Assembly (NCBI GenBank): GCA_943372585.1
Contig: CALRZF020000001.1
Span: forward strand, 1-47,114
DNA: 47,114 nt
From: Ramlibacter sp. 2FC
GTDB taxonomy: Bacteria; Pseudomonadota; Gammaproteobacteria; Burkholderiales; Burkholderiaceae_C
Direction of reading: 5' to 3'
The translations under genes and the position numbers were made by a program. Shown here piece by piece: positions 1 through 8,117 of this stretch. The first letter of the stretch is position 1. Every line of letters starts with the position of its first letter. The notes below the pieces were generated by a model. It had not been told where the DNA came from. It did not search any database and was given only the letters and a program-made list of their open reading frames with translations.

Positions 1-1211
1 TCGGAGAATTTCTTTTGTGCGTCTGGCGTGTCGGTCTTGTCAAGAAAGAGCTCGCCGATCACGACGCGTCGGGCTTTGAGCCAGTCGCATGATCCGTCGC
101 AGCTCAGGACGGTGTTTGGTGCCCGCCCCGCCTCAGTGAGATGTCGTTCAAGTGCTGCCCGAAAGTTGCTACCCAGGTCACTCGTTGCGCACCGGAACGC
201 CTTAGCGAAAATCGCAGACTCTTGGGCGCCCGTTGCAGCGACTGCATCCTTTGCACCGGGCGTCCAGCACTCCTTGCCCAGCGCCCGCATCGCTACCCGG
301 AAAGACCTTTCATTCGCTTGCGTGATCAAGGCGGCCTGTCGCTGCAGCGAATGGACGAGCAGTTTTCCGTAGTCGACCTGGTTAAGTTGGGGGCGCAGCT
401 TGATCGTCACCAATGCCCATGCGCTGGTGTCGTCGGTCGGCAGAACCGTCGTGTCGAACGCCAGCCGGTACAGTGTGTTGCCGGCGAGGTCGTGCGCGTC
501 GTCGCCGCGGGTGGCATTGATCTCGCTCTGAATGGTTTCATAGGCCGCCAGCCGGTCGTAGAAGTCCTGGATGGGTGTTTGGGAAAGCTGGGTAACGCGT
601 GGTGGTTCAGTCGGTGCAGTCAACGTGTCTTTGTTCGCTGCGAGCAACGTGCTTGCCGGAGCCGAGGCGGCCGGGGTTGGCGTCGTCGAAGTAGGAGTAC
701 TTGCTGACGCGGGTGTTGCCGTCAGACCCAGTTCCTTGAGCTGCTCTTCTGCCTGCTTGAAAGTGATCTCCTTCTTGTTGTACTTCGCGATAATCTCGTC
801 ACGCGCAGTCGCGCGCAGGGCGGATAAGGCCTTTTGATCGTCGGCTTGACTTTGCGCTCCCTGTGTGGCGCGGCCAATCTCGACGTTCTGTAGGCCGCGT
901 AGTGGGTCGAAGCTCAGATTCGCCTGTGCGCCGAGGAAAGACATGCTGGCCAAGGATGTGACGCCGCTCAAGCCCAGTTTGGCATCCCTGACCTCGTTGC
1001 GCCGCAGGGTGAGCCAGTGCTCCTTCTCGCGGCGGTCGTTTATCAATCGGTCGCTGGTCTCGACCCGGGGGCTGCCGACGTAGATGTCACCGAAGCCCGT
1101 GCCTGGTTCGTTGCGCGGGAAACTGGTGCTGCATCCCATGACCAGCGCGGCAGCGCTGGAAAGCGCGGAAACGCAGACAAAGCGGCGCTCTGCGATAAAT
1201 CGACCTGGCAT
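1..1211 (-). CDS. hypothetical lipoprotein, 3' end lies outside the window
   Basis: The minus-strand frame is open from ATG (1211-1209) to the window edge. It is absent from the ORF track only because there is no stop inside the window. AGGAGGAGGA Shine-Dalgarno (RC of 1217-1226) sits 5 nt upstream. The N-terminus MPGRFIAERRFVCVSALSSAAALVMG|CSTS is a signal peptide plus lipobox. A Pro/Thr/Ser/Ala linker (TATPASASTPTSTTPTPAASAPAS) follows later. No family recognised. Confidence 0.75.
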   Translation of the reverse strand, partial: MPGRFIAERRFVCVSALSSAAALVMGCSTSFPRNEPGTGFGDIYVGSPRVETSDRLINDRREKEHWLTLRRNEVRDAKLGLSGVTSLASMSFLGAQANLSFDPLRGLQNVEIGRATQGAQSQADDQKALSALRATARDEIIAKYNKKEITFKQAEEQLKELGLTATPASASTPTSTTPTPAASAPASTLLAANKDTLTAPTEPPRVTQLSQTPIQDFYDRLAAYETIQSEINATRGDDAHDLAGNTLYRLAFDTTVLPTDDTSAWALVTIKLRPQLNQVDYGKLLVHSLQRQAALITQANERSFRVAMRALGKECWTPGAKDAVAATGAQESAIFAKAFRCATSDLGSNFRAALERHLTEAGRAPNTVLSCDGSCDWLKARRVVIGELFLDKTDTPDAQKKFS

Positions 1212-1912
1212 AGGGATCCTCCTCCTTGATGACGCCCGTCCTGCGCATGCTTGGCACAGACATTGGCAGCTTGACTGTATCAATTTTCTTTAGTTTTTCA
1301 TCCCCAATGTTGAGGATGCGCGCGCGAGCCAAATTGGGCTTCCTGACCTTTCGCTGCTGCGAAGCCTCATAGGTAGAAACGCGTGGAGACAGCGTCATTC
1401 GCGCTTGAGTTTGTCTAGACATGCCGGCCGAACGTAGAAAAGAGCGGCCAGGGGGATGCGCAGCGGCGCTTCTTAGTGCTGTGCCGCGCAGATCCCGATC
1501 AGGAGCGAAACTTTGCGCAGGTGAAACTGCGTGTCGCAGTCATCGATCGCATTGCCTACCCGTCCGCGATAGAGTTTCACCAATAATTAACCTATGCCAA
1601 GCGCCGAACTGGTCGACTTCGATGACGAGGGCTTGTTGGAGCTGCAGGACGCGGCGAATCCCACCGTTACGCGCCGCAAGGGGCGGGCGACTGAGTACAG
1701 GTGATGTACCGGAAGTGCCGCATGCTTGTTCGGTTCGTCACACCAGTGCGCGCAGGGTGGTGGGAACGCGGATCAGGCGGCGCTGCCGCTGACCACTAGT
1801 AATTAGATGCCTCAGTACGCCAGTACTGGGACGCTATGCTTGTTAGGATGAGAGTTGATTTCAAGAGCAAAGAGCAACTCTGGTAAGCCAGTTCGCAAGT
1901 TGGCCACCCAAG

Positions 1913-2575
1913 TCATATGGACATTGCACGCAGATGCAGAAACGACGACTGCCACCCTTCGCTAAACACATGCAAAAACCACCAAACGACAAATAGCGTT
2001 GGCGCCAGCATGAAAGCGCCAGCAGAGGTGCAGTCTAGGCAGCCTTGGGCCAGGAGTTGAACCGCACCACCCAGTACTACGTAACAAGAAATCGCAGCCC
2101 AGACTTTTCGGACGATGCTGATTGCCTGGATGGGCAACTTGGGTGGCTCACGCAAATGAAGCCGCTGGTCTTTGCACTGCGCAGCAAGATTGCACACCAG
2201 GCCTCGAAAAGTCCACCAATTCAGGCCATGTGACTGCCGGATGATTCGCAGTCTCGCCCTCTCAGCGGGACTGAGATCTAGACGACCAAATTCCGCAGCA
2301 GTCAGATTTCGCTCTGCCTTGCCCAGTAGGTCCCAATATTCCGGAGTGCCTGGCGTCAATTGACGAGCACGTTCTTTCCAGAGCATATGGCGGCGGTAAA
2401 CAATCGGGTGGAAGAGCGCAAGTCGCCATCCAGATCTGAAACAGTTGACGTAGCCAGACAAGTTGAATTCACCGTAGTCGATGAAGAGTCGAACAGCCTC
2501 CGGCCCCCCATGTCTGGCCTCCTCGACCATCCTTCTTGCAAGGTCGGCCAGATCGTCTTGATCCGGCTTATCCAT
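1913..2575 (-). CDS. hypothetical membrane protein, translationally coupled to the upstream XRE gene
   Basis: ORF track gives 1913..2611. ATG at 2575 is preferred: RC upstream reads GGGAAAAGGAAACCC-ATG (SD-like), and it overlaps the XRE stop (2568-2570) by 8 nt. A soluble N-terminal part is followed by two hydrophobic helices (VWAAISCYVVLGGAVQLLAQG, AFMLAPTLFVVWWFLHVF). No family recognised. Confidence 0.6.
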   Translation of the reverse strand: MDKPDQDDLADLARRMVEEARHGGPEAVRLFIDYGEFNLSGYVNCFRSGWRLALFHPIVYRRHMLWKERARQLTPGTPEYWDLLGKAERNLTAAEFGRLDLSPAERARLRIIRQSHGLNWWTFRGLVCNLAAQCKDQRLHLREPPKLPIQAISIVRKVWAAISCYVVLGGAVQLLAQGCLDCTSAGAFMLAPTLFVVWWFLHVFSEGWQSSFLHLRAMSI

Positions 2576-3008
2576 GGGTTTCCTTTTCCCACATCGCGCT
2601 GACCAGGTCATTGCGGTCTTGACGTTGGGTTAGCGACTGCTTGCTTCGCTTGTGCTCTACATAAGCGGCATAAAGACGCTCAACCAGGTCACGTCGCATG
2701 CCTTCTGGGCAGTCCGGCACGCGTCGCGCACAGAACAAGCCGACATCCTCCACGGCTTGCCAGAGGAGAGGCCAATCGATTGCTCCTTGACAGTCCTCTG
2801 CGCGAACACCAAAGAGAACGAACGGTATGTCGACGCCGGCGCCCTCGACGCCGCGTAGATAGCCAAGAGTCGGATCGCTGGAGCCCGCCTCATATTTGTA
2901 CTGCGTTCGCCTGTCCACTTCACCAGCCTTGCCCAATTCCACTTGGGTCAGCCCAAGGCGCTGGCGTTCGGATTTGAGGCGGTCGCGTAGGAGGGCAATC
3001 AAATTCAT
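2568..3008 (-). CDS. XRE (Cro/C1) family HTH transcriptional regulator
   Basis: ORF track gives 2568..3083. Internal ATG 3008 is preferred because MNLIALLRDRLKSERQRLGLTQVELGKAGEVDRRTQYKYEAG is a canonical XRE HTH placed near the N-terminus. The longer form would also overlap the divergent gene starting at 3066. Confidence 0.7.
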   Translation of the reverse strand: MNLIALLRDRLKSERQRLGLTQVELGKAGEVDRRTQYKYEAGSSDPTLGYLRGVEGAGVDIPFVLFGVRAEDCQGAIDWPLLWQAVEDVGLFCARRVPDCPEGMRRDLVERLYAAYVEHKRSKQSLTQRQDRNDLVSAMWEKETHG

Positions 3009-3065
3009 AGAAATCAGAGTGTATTGTCCTTGTGAATCGACGTTAAGTGAACAATAATTCCCATC

Positions 3066-3365
3066 ATGGGCATTAATAGTCATTCAAAGACGTTTCAATC
3101 CGCGGAGATCAAGTCTGAATTTCAGCTCCAAGGGATGTCTATTGCGGCATGGGCGCGCGCGCGTGCCTTTGATCCACGCTTGGTCTATGCCGTATTGGGG
3201 GGGAAAAACAAGGCGTCGCGTGGCAAAAGCCATCTGATTGCGGTCGCCCTGGGTATCAAGCCGGGGCCGCAAATCACGGAAAGAACAATGCAGCTGGGCT
3301 TGGCCAGTGCACTGGGATCCCCGGATGGCTCAGTAGATGCGTCCCAGCTAGGGGAGTCCATATGA
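3066..3365 (+). CDS. small Ner/Nlp-like (HTH_35-like) DNA-binding protein
   Basis: 99 aa. AEIKSEFQLQGMSIAAWARARAFDPRLVYAVLGGKNKASRGKSHLIAVALGIKP follows the Ner/Nlp pattern (IK..l...G.SlaalAr..g......y.al......kg...IA.aLG..P). It is divergent from the XRE gene across a 57-bp AT-rich spacer. Confidence 0.55.
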   Translation: MGINSHSKTFQSAEIKSEFQLQGMSIAAWARARAFDPRLVYAVLGGKNKASRGKSHLIAVALGIKPGPQITERTMQLGLASALGSPDGSVDASQLGESI

Positions 3366-3433
3366 GCCCATAAAACTAAAACGCCCACCTATTTTCATAG
3401 GCAGGCGAGTCAGCCGTTGGCAGAACCAAACGT

Positions 3434-3498
3434 TGTGGTGACTGAAGTATCTGCTAGCGGTTGACCGGCTGTCAAGGCTTTGTCGTCCCTGAAAAACA
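3434..3498 (+). repeat. candidate right-end TnsB-binding repeats
   Basis: Direct repeats TGTGGTGACTGAAGTA (3434-3449) and TGTCGTCCCTGAAAAA (3481-3496), 11/16 identical, consensus TGTsGTnnCTGAA. TGTCAA also occurs at 3470 and 3527. They lie just upstream of tnsA, as expected for a Tn7-type right end. Confidence 0.35.
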
Positions 3499-3525
3499 AA
3501 TCTCAGGGCAGCTTGAAAGAAAACC

Positions 3526-4252
3526 GTGTCAAAAAACCTGCAGAACAGACTGCGCGAGCTCGCGCCGGGCGGCGCCGAGCCCAAACAACCCCGGAACCTG
3601 GTGACCCGAAGCGGCACCCGCGTCAGAGGAATCCACACTTCCCTGCGGTTCGGATCGCAAGTGCAATGGGAAACGCCTGAAGAACGAACTGCGATAGAGG
3701 TGCTGGATGCATCCCCATGGACGCTCGGCCTTGTGAGCCAGGCAACTCTGCTGACGATCCAGAGTTTTGAGGGCGAATTCAACTATGTGCCGGACATCGT
3801 GGCACTCCGGGAGCCTTCCGAGCTCCTCGTGATTGAGTGCAAGCCGCTGTCAGTGCTCCTGAGCGAGGAAATTCGCTCCAAACATCAGGCGATAGCACTG
3901 CAGATGAAGTCGCTAGGCGCCACCTTCATTGAACTCCCAAACGAGGTACAGCCCACTGCGGCTGTCCTGGAAAACGCGAGGCTCATGAAGGCAGCGCGCA
4001 GTTTGGTGGCCTATCCCAAAACAAAAAGAATGGAGGACGGGCGCTTGCTTGAGGAAGCGTCGGTAGCAACCTTTCGGCGACGTGTGCCGGCTCGTCGGAG
4101 CACGCCATGCCGTCGCAGCGTTAGTCATTCATGGCTGGCACTTCGATATGCATGCGCCTTTGCAACCCGAAACAGCCGTGTCACGGCAGTTCGAGGAGAG
4201 CTTTGATGGAGCGAATTACATTCACTCCGGGCTGTTCGGTTCGACTGTTTGA
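3526..4252 (+). pseudogene. tnsA: TnsA-type endonuclease gene with an apparent 1-nt frameshift near 4067-4078
   Basis: GTG start at 3526. Restriction-endonuclease-like motifs QWETPEE, YVPDIVAL, VIECKP. Frame 1 turns Arg-rich after ..EEASVATF and stops at 4206. Frame 2 (open from 4067) reads GDVCRLVGARHAVAALVIHGWHFDMHAPLQPETAV.., which is typical of a TnsA C-terminal domain, and stops at 4250-4252. Confidence 0.7.
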
Positions 4253-6296
4253 CCAAGTACATATCGTTTCAGGCGTTCGCGACAACAATTGGGTGGAGTT
4301 GATCACCGCCGACGGCAAGATCACCAAGACCCTGGATCTCACGACGCTCTTCGGACACTATCAAAGCGGAGGCCTGAAGCCAGGACCGAAACGCCGAGGC
4401 GCGAGAGTGCCCGAGCCGCATGCAGTTCTACGGCATATCCCGTACGCCGCTGCCGATCAAAGTGACGCAACAAAGCAGCAAGCGCAGGTGATGCGCGAGA
4501 TACTGCAGGCGGTGCAGGATGAGAACTGCCCGATTAAGGACGCCAGCAAATCGTTTCGCCGAACTGTTGCAGCCGTTGCGAAAAAGTTGAACGTCGAGCC
4601 CCCGAAAGCCCGCACCGTCCAGCGCTGGCTCGCGCGCCAGACCTATTCGGTTGGCGCTCGCCCGCTTGTTCCGAGGTTTGCCAATCGAGGTGGCAAAGGG
4701 CAATCGCGCTGCAGCCCGGAGGTTCAGGAGCTGATGGACGAGGTCATATTCAACGATTACATGACCACAGAGCGGCTTCCAGTTGCCCGATGCTACATGG
4801 ACCTATGCGCAAAGATTGCCGTTGCGAATCAGGCGCGCCCGTCAACCGACCTTCTGAAATCCCCATCGATCAATGCTTTCAGGAGGCGTATTCAAAGGCA
4901 GCCGGCCTTCGACATGTACGCAGCCCGCAACGGGCTGGGCGCCGCCAAGAAGAAGTTCCGGTCTACCGGTCGCAACGCCGAGAACTGGAAATTCATGGAG
5001 TGTTTTGAAGCTGACCACACCATCGTGGATGCTATGGTGGTCGACCTTGAAACTGGGCTGGTTCTCGGGCGGCCGCGCATTACCATCTTCATCGAATGGG
5101 TTACCAGGGCCTGTGTGGGGTTCACGATCGGATTTGAGGGCACTTCAACCCAGACAGTTCTGGAATGCTTGCATAACGCAGTCACACAGAAACTGGGCAT
5201 CAAGCAGCGATATCCATTGGTTCAGGGGAACTGGAACTGTTGGGGATTTCCTCGGTACCTCAAACTGGACAATGGCCCTGAATTCCACAGCGAAACCTTC
5301 GTCGGGTCCGCAAGTGAAATGGGCATTGATCTCATCTACTGCCCACGCAAAAAGGCATGGTTCAAAGGCCGGGTAGAAAGGGCCATCAAGCGGTTGAACG
5401 CTGAAATCATGGACGCCCTGCCCGGCGCGACACTGACCCAGCTCTACAACCGCGTTACCGAGCGCGACCCCTCCTCATGCGCAGTAATCGATCTGCAGTC
5501 TCTGCGGCACATCATGCACATCTGGGTGATCGACGTCTATCACCAAACCAAACACAAGGGTACAAACCGGCAACCAGGTCCGCATTGGGACGCGTGCTTT
5601 GATCTTGCTCAAGTCACCCTTCCTGCGGACCTTGGCTTGCTGGAGATTCTGTGCACTGAGCTGACGACACGTACGATCTTTCACTACGGCATCGAAATCT
5701 GTGGTGAACGGACGTTCAACAACTCTGAGCTGCAAGCTCTGCGTCGGCGTCAACAGTTTGGCGAATACGTGAAGGTCAAGGTGCGATACCGGCCTAGTAA
5801 GCTGGACAGGATCTGGGTATTCGACGCTGACAACCAAGAGTGGCTTGAAGTACTCAACTCCAACCCCGCCACGAATGATCTCGGGGAATTCCAGCTGAAG
5901 ATGCTGCATAAAATGCAGCGCGAGGCGATCTCTGCGGGGGAGCAGATCGACATCTTGACGGCGCGTCAACGCATGCGGAAGTTGGTTGAGTCGCTCAATA
6001 CTGCGAAGTCACAGCGTGCTCGCAAGAAAGCACTCAAGCTGCTGGGATTCACGAACAATCTCGACGCATTGAGCGCCACCGGAGCGGCCGATCCAGAGCC
6101 GCAATCGGATTTGGAAAATGAAGAAGTAGCTCAGAACAGCGAAACGTCAGCGCCACCGAACGGAGCCACAAAGCCCAAGCGTGGCCGTGCTGCAAAGACG
6201 CCTGACCTGCCTCCCGTCGAGCTGTATTCGGGCGTGATGCCGACCTTTCCGGCGTTTGATCCTCAAAGCCAGGCAGCCATGGGCGGTGCTGCATGA
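4206..6296 (+). CDS. tnsB: TnsB/TniA-family DDE transposase (rve integrase core, Mu-transposase-like C-terminus)
   Basis: ORF track gives 4131..6296. ATG 4206 (MERITFTPG..) is preferred because the upstream 25 codons lie in the tnsA tail. DDE triad: EADHTIVD, KLDNGPEFHS, and KGRVER about 35 aa after the second D. Confidence 0.9.
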   Translation: MERITFTPGCSVRLFDQVHIVSGVRDNNWVELITADGKITKTLDLTTLFGHYQSGGLKPGPKRRGARVPEPHAVLRHIPYAAADQSDATKQQAQVMREILQAVQDENCPIKDASKSFRRTVAAVAKKLNVEPPKARTVQRWLARQTYSVGARPLVPRFANRGGKGQSRCSPEVQELMDEVIFNDYMTTERLPVARCYMDLCAKIAVANQARPSTDLLKSPSINAFRRRIQRQPAFDMYAARNGLGAAKKKFRSTGRNAENWKFMECFEADHTIVDAMVVDLETGLVLGRPRITIFIEWVTRACVGFTIGFEGTSTQTVLECLHNAVTQKLGIKQRYPLVQGNWNCWGFPRYLKLDNGPEFHSETFVGSASEMGIDLIYCPRKKAWFKGRVERAIKRLNAEIMDALPGATLTQLYNRVTERDPSSCAVIDLQSLRHIMHIWVIDVYHQTKHKGTNRQPGPHWDACFDLAQVTLPADLGLLEILCTELTTRTIFHYGIEICGERTFNNSELQALRRRQQFGEYVKVKVRYRPSKLDRIWVFDADNQEWLEVLNSNPATNDLGEFQLKMLHKMQREAISAGEQIDILTARQRMRKLVESLNTAKSQRARKKALKLLGFTNNLDALSATGAADPEPQSDLENEEVAQNSETSAPPNGATKPKRGRAAKTPDLPPVELYSGVMPTFPAFDPQSQAAMGGAA

Positions 6297-7228
6297 TGCT
6301 GCGTCCCTACGAGCACATGGGTCCTCTGATAGCGGACCCGCATTTCAAAAGCGCCTGGCTGCGCGTGCAGCGGTGTCACAAGTCTTCAGCAAAGGGTTGT
6401 CGGCGGCAAAACCTCCGCCTCATTGGCGTATCCGGCGTGGGCAAGTCGCGACTGTTGATCGAGTACCGCGACGCACATCCCCCAATACACCACGAAGAGT
6501 ACACAGAGGTGCCGGTCATCTACGCGGAAGTACCCGCGCAACCTACTTCCAGACACCTAGCCCGGTGCCTGCTGACGGCCCTGGGCCGCCCCACGGAATC
6601 GGGAACAGCAGAAGAACTTTGGGCAACCTTCCAGCGCTTGTGTCGCGTCTGCAAGGTTCGTTTGATCTTGCTCGATGAGATACAGCACTTTGTTGACCGC
6701 GGAAGGGTCAGTACTTACGCTAACGACGCAGACATTCTCAAGCAGAACCTCTCAACGCTCGGCATCCCAACGGTGTTTGCCGGAGCCCCCCGATCGCGAT
6801 TGCTTTTCGAAGTAAACAACCAGTTGCGTGGCCGGTACAAGCCCATCCATGCGATGCGTCCATTTGCCCTTTCCAACGTAGATGAGATCGCACGTTTCAC
6901 GACCAGTGTCGCCACCGCAGCATCCAGCTTGCCGGACAAGGTTCTTCGCTTTCTGATCAGCCCGGCCATGATTCCGCGCTTGTTCTACGCAACTGACGGA
7001 ATCTTCCGAAATTTGCTGGACTTTCTGGATGGCGTCCGCGCAGTGCTGGAGGATAAGACGACATGTAGCCTTTCGCTGCTGTCTCTCGCCTTCCATGACA
7101 CGGTGTGGGTACCGGTCTCAAAAAAGGATGATCCTTTCAACGAGAGTTTTGTGCCCCGGCGGCTGATAAATCCAGGCGAGCCTTTCATGCCAAGCCCGAT
7201 GGATGGTGACAATCATGCGTACTACTGA
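6293..7228 (+). CDS. tnsC: TnsC/TniB-family AAA+ ATPase (short, 311 aa)
   Basis: Walker A GVSGVGKSRL and Walker B RLILLDEIQHF. ATGA start/stop overlap with tnsB at 6293-6296. Confidence 0.85.
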   Translation: MMLRPYEHMGPLIADPHFKSAWLRVQRCHKSSAKGCRRQNLRLIGVSGVGKSRLLIEYRDAHPPIHHEEYTEVPVIYAEVPAQPTSRHLARCLLTALGRPTESGTAEELWATFQRLCRVCKVRLILLDEIQHFVDRGRVSTYANDADILKQNLSTLGIPTVFAGAPRSRLLFEVNNQLRGRYKPIHAMRPFALSNVDEIARFTTSVATAASSLPDKVLRFLISPAMIPRLFYATDGIFRNLLDFLDGVRAVLEDKTTCSLSLLSLAFHDTVWVPVSKKDDPFNESFVPRRLINPGEPFMPSPMDGDNHAYY

Positions 7229-8117
7229 ACCAACGTCAGGTCCCGCCTTAGGACCTTGGGAATCAGCCGTGGCCCATATGGTGCGATCAGCGACGCTGAC
7301 CGGCTCAAGCTATGAACAATTAGCTGCACAGATCTCGTTGGGCTGTCGGGTAGATCAGTACATAGCAATCGGCGTTCGCGCTGAGAGGGCGCGCTACGCT
7401 GAATATCCGCAAGAAATTCACGCAGCAATGTCTGATGAAGCACCGAAGCCGCGAAGGCTCGTGTGCTCGCATTGCATACGTGAAAGACTGCCCGACAGCA
7501 TCTACGAGCGGCATCCGTACAACAGCTACTGCTTGACGCACGGGACACCGGCCTTGGCGAGGTGCCCTCGCTGCAGGCAGTTGCTGCGCTACGGTGCCAG
7601 CGACTATGACAATTGCGTATGCGGTCTTCGGTTCGACGAAGCAGACTCTAGTGGAGAAGCAGGTAGCGCGCCCACTCTGTACATGGCGGCAGCCGCAAAC
7701 GTCCCTATTGTCGAAGCGCCGAAATCGCTGGACCCCGGGGCCGACTGTCTGGACGCCATTCATGAACGGCTATCGTCTACCTGGCGGTTCATCTGTGCAG
7801 ACACCCCTGAGCAGGCAGATCACGACCCTGCTGATCTGCTGTCAAATCCGGCGAGGCTCTGGTCACACGCCTTGGACATTGTGTGTGCTGGCGGCCTGAC
7901 TTTTGAGCAGTGGGTGGTCGCAAAAATCCAGCGCTGGCGCGACTACACCCAACCGTCTTTGTATTTGGACTACTGCGTAGGAGATGACTTCGTCCGTACC
8001 AATCACTTTGCCTGGAGTTACCTGCGACGCCTTGTCGATCGGGAACTGAAAACCTGTTTTCGCACCCGCAGGCAGCCTGGACTGTTTGACGCTGAAAGCG
8101 AAGGCGCATGTCAGTGA
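7203..8117 (+). CDS. tniQ: TniQ/TnsD-family target-selector protein, copy 1
   Basis: N-terminal TniQ-like LGPWESAVAHMVRSATLTG, then a zinc-ribbon region CSHCIRE..SYCLTHG..CPRCRQ..C.C. Alternative ATG at 7215. Overlaps the tnsC stop at 7228. Confidence 0.7.
   Translation: MVTIMRTTEPTSGPALGPWESAVAHMVRSATLTGSSYEQLAAQISLGCRVDQYIAIGVRAERARYAEYPQEIHAAMSDEAPKPRRLVCSHCIRERLPDSIYERHPYNSYCLTHGTPALARCPRCRQLLRYGASDYDNCVCGLRFDEADSSGEAGSAPTLYMAAAANVPIVEAPKSLDPGADCLDAIHERLSSTWRFICADTPEQADHDPADLLSNPARLWSHALDIVCAGGLTFEQWVVAKIQRWRDYTQPSLYLDYCVGDDFVRTNHFAWSYLRRLVDRELKTCFRTRRQPGLFDAESEGACQ

Noticed and set aside
1087-1422. 111-aa minus-strand ORF upstream of the lipoprotein gene.
   Set aside because: Its last 42 codons overlap the lipoprotein start, which has a far better SD and signal peptide, and that tail is Arg/Cys-rich junk. 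The first about 70 codons could still be a real small basic protein, so I left it as unexplained rather than annotating it.
3429-3433. Searched for a 5-bp target-site duplication flanking the candidate ends (AACGT before 3434 vs GCTAG after 10279). I also tried the alternative ends at 3470 and 3481, whose preceding 5 bp are CCGGC and GGCTT.
   Set aside because: No matching 5-mers at the corresponding left-end positions. An ACACCGGC match at 11152-11159 lies inside a signal-peptide coding region and the word is common in this G+C-rich DNA, so I treated it as chance.
1-3433. Checked whether either flank of the Tn7-like element is a disrupted comM, glmS, tRNA or other classical attachment locus.
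   Set aside because: The left flank encodes a Ner-like gene, an XRE gene and hypotheticals. The right flank is an intact amino-acid binding-protein gene. I saw no Mg-chelatase-like (ComM) or GlmS motifs and no tRNA-like T-loop (GGTTCGAATCC-type) sequences.
3452-3468. Direct (same-strand) similarity CTAGCGGTTGACCGG (3454-3468) vs CTAGGTCGGTTCAGCGG (10204-10220), considered as possible attL/attR repeats of an integrase-type island.
   Set aside because: It needs a 2-nt indel and two mismatches over about 15 nt. The only recombinase-like gene lacks a catalytic Tyr. The inverted-repeat interpretation of the same regions is stronger.
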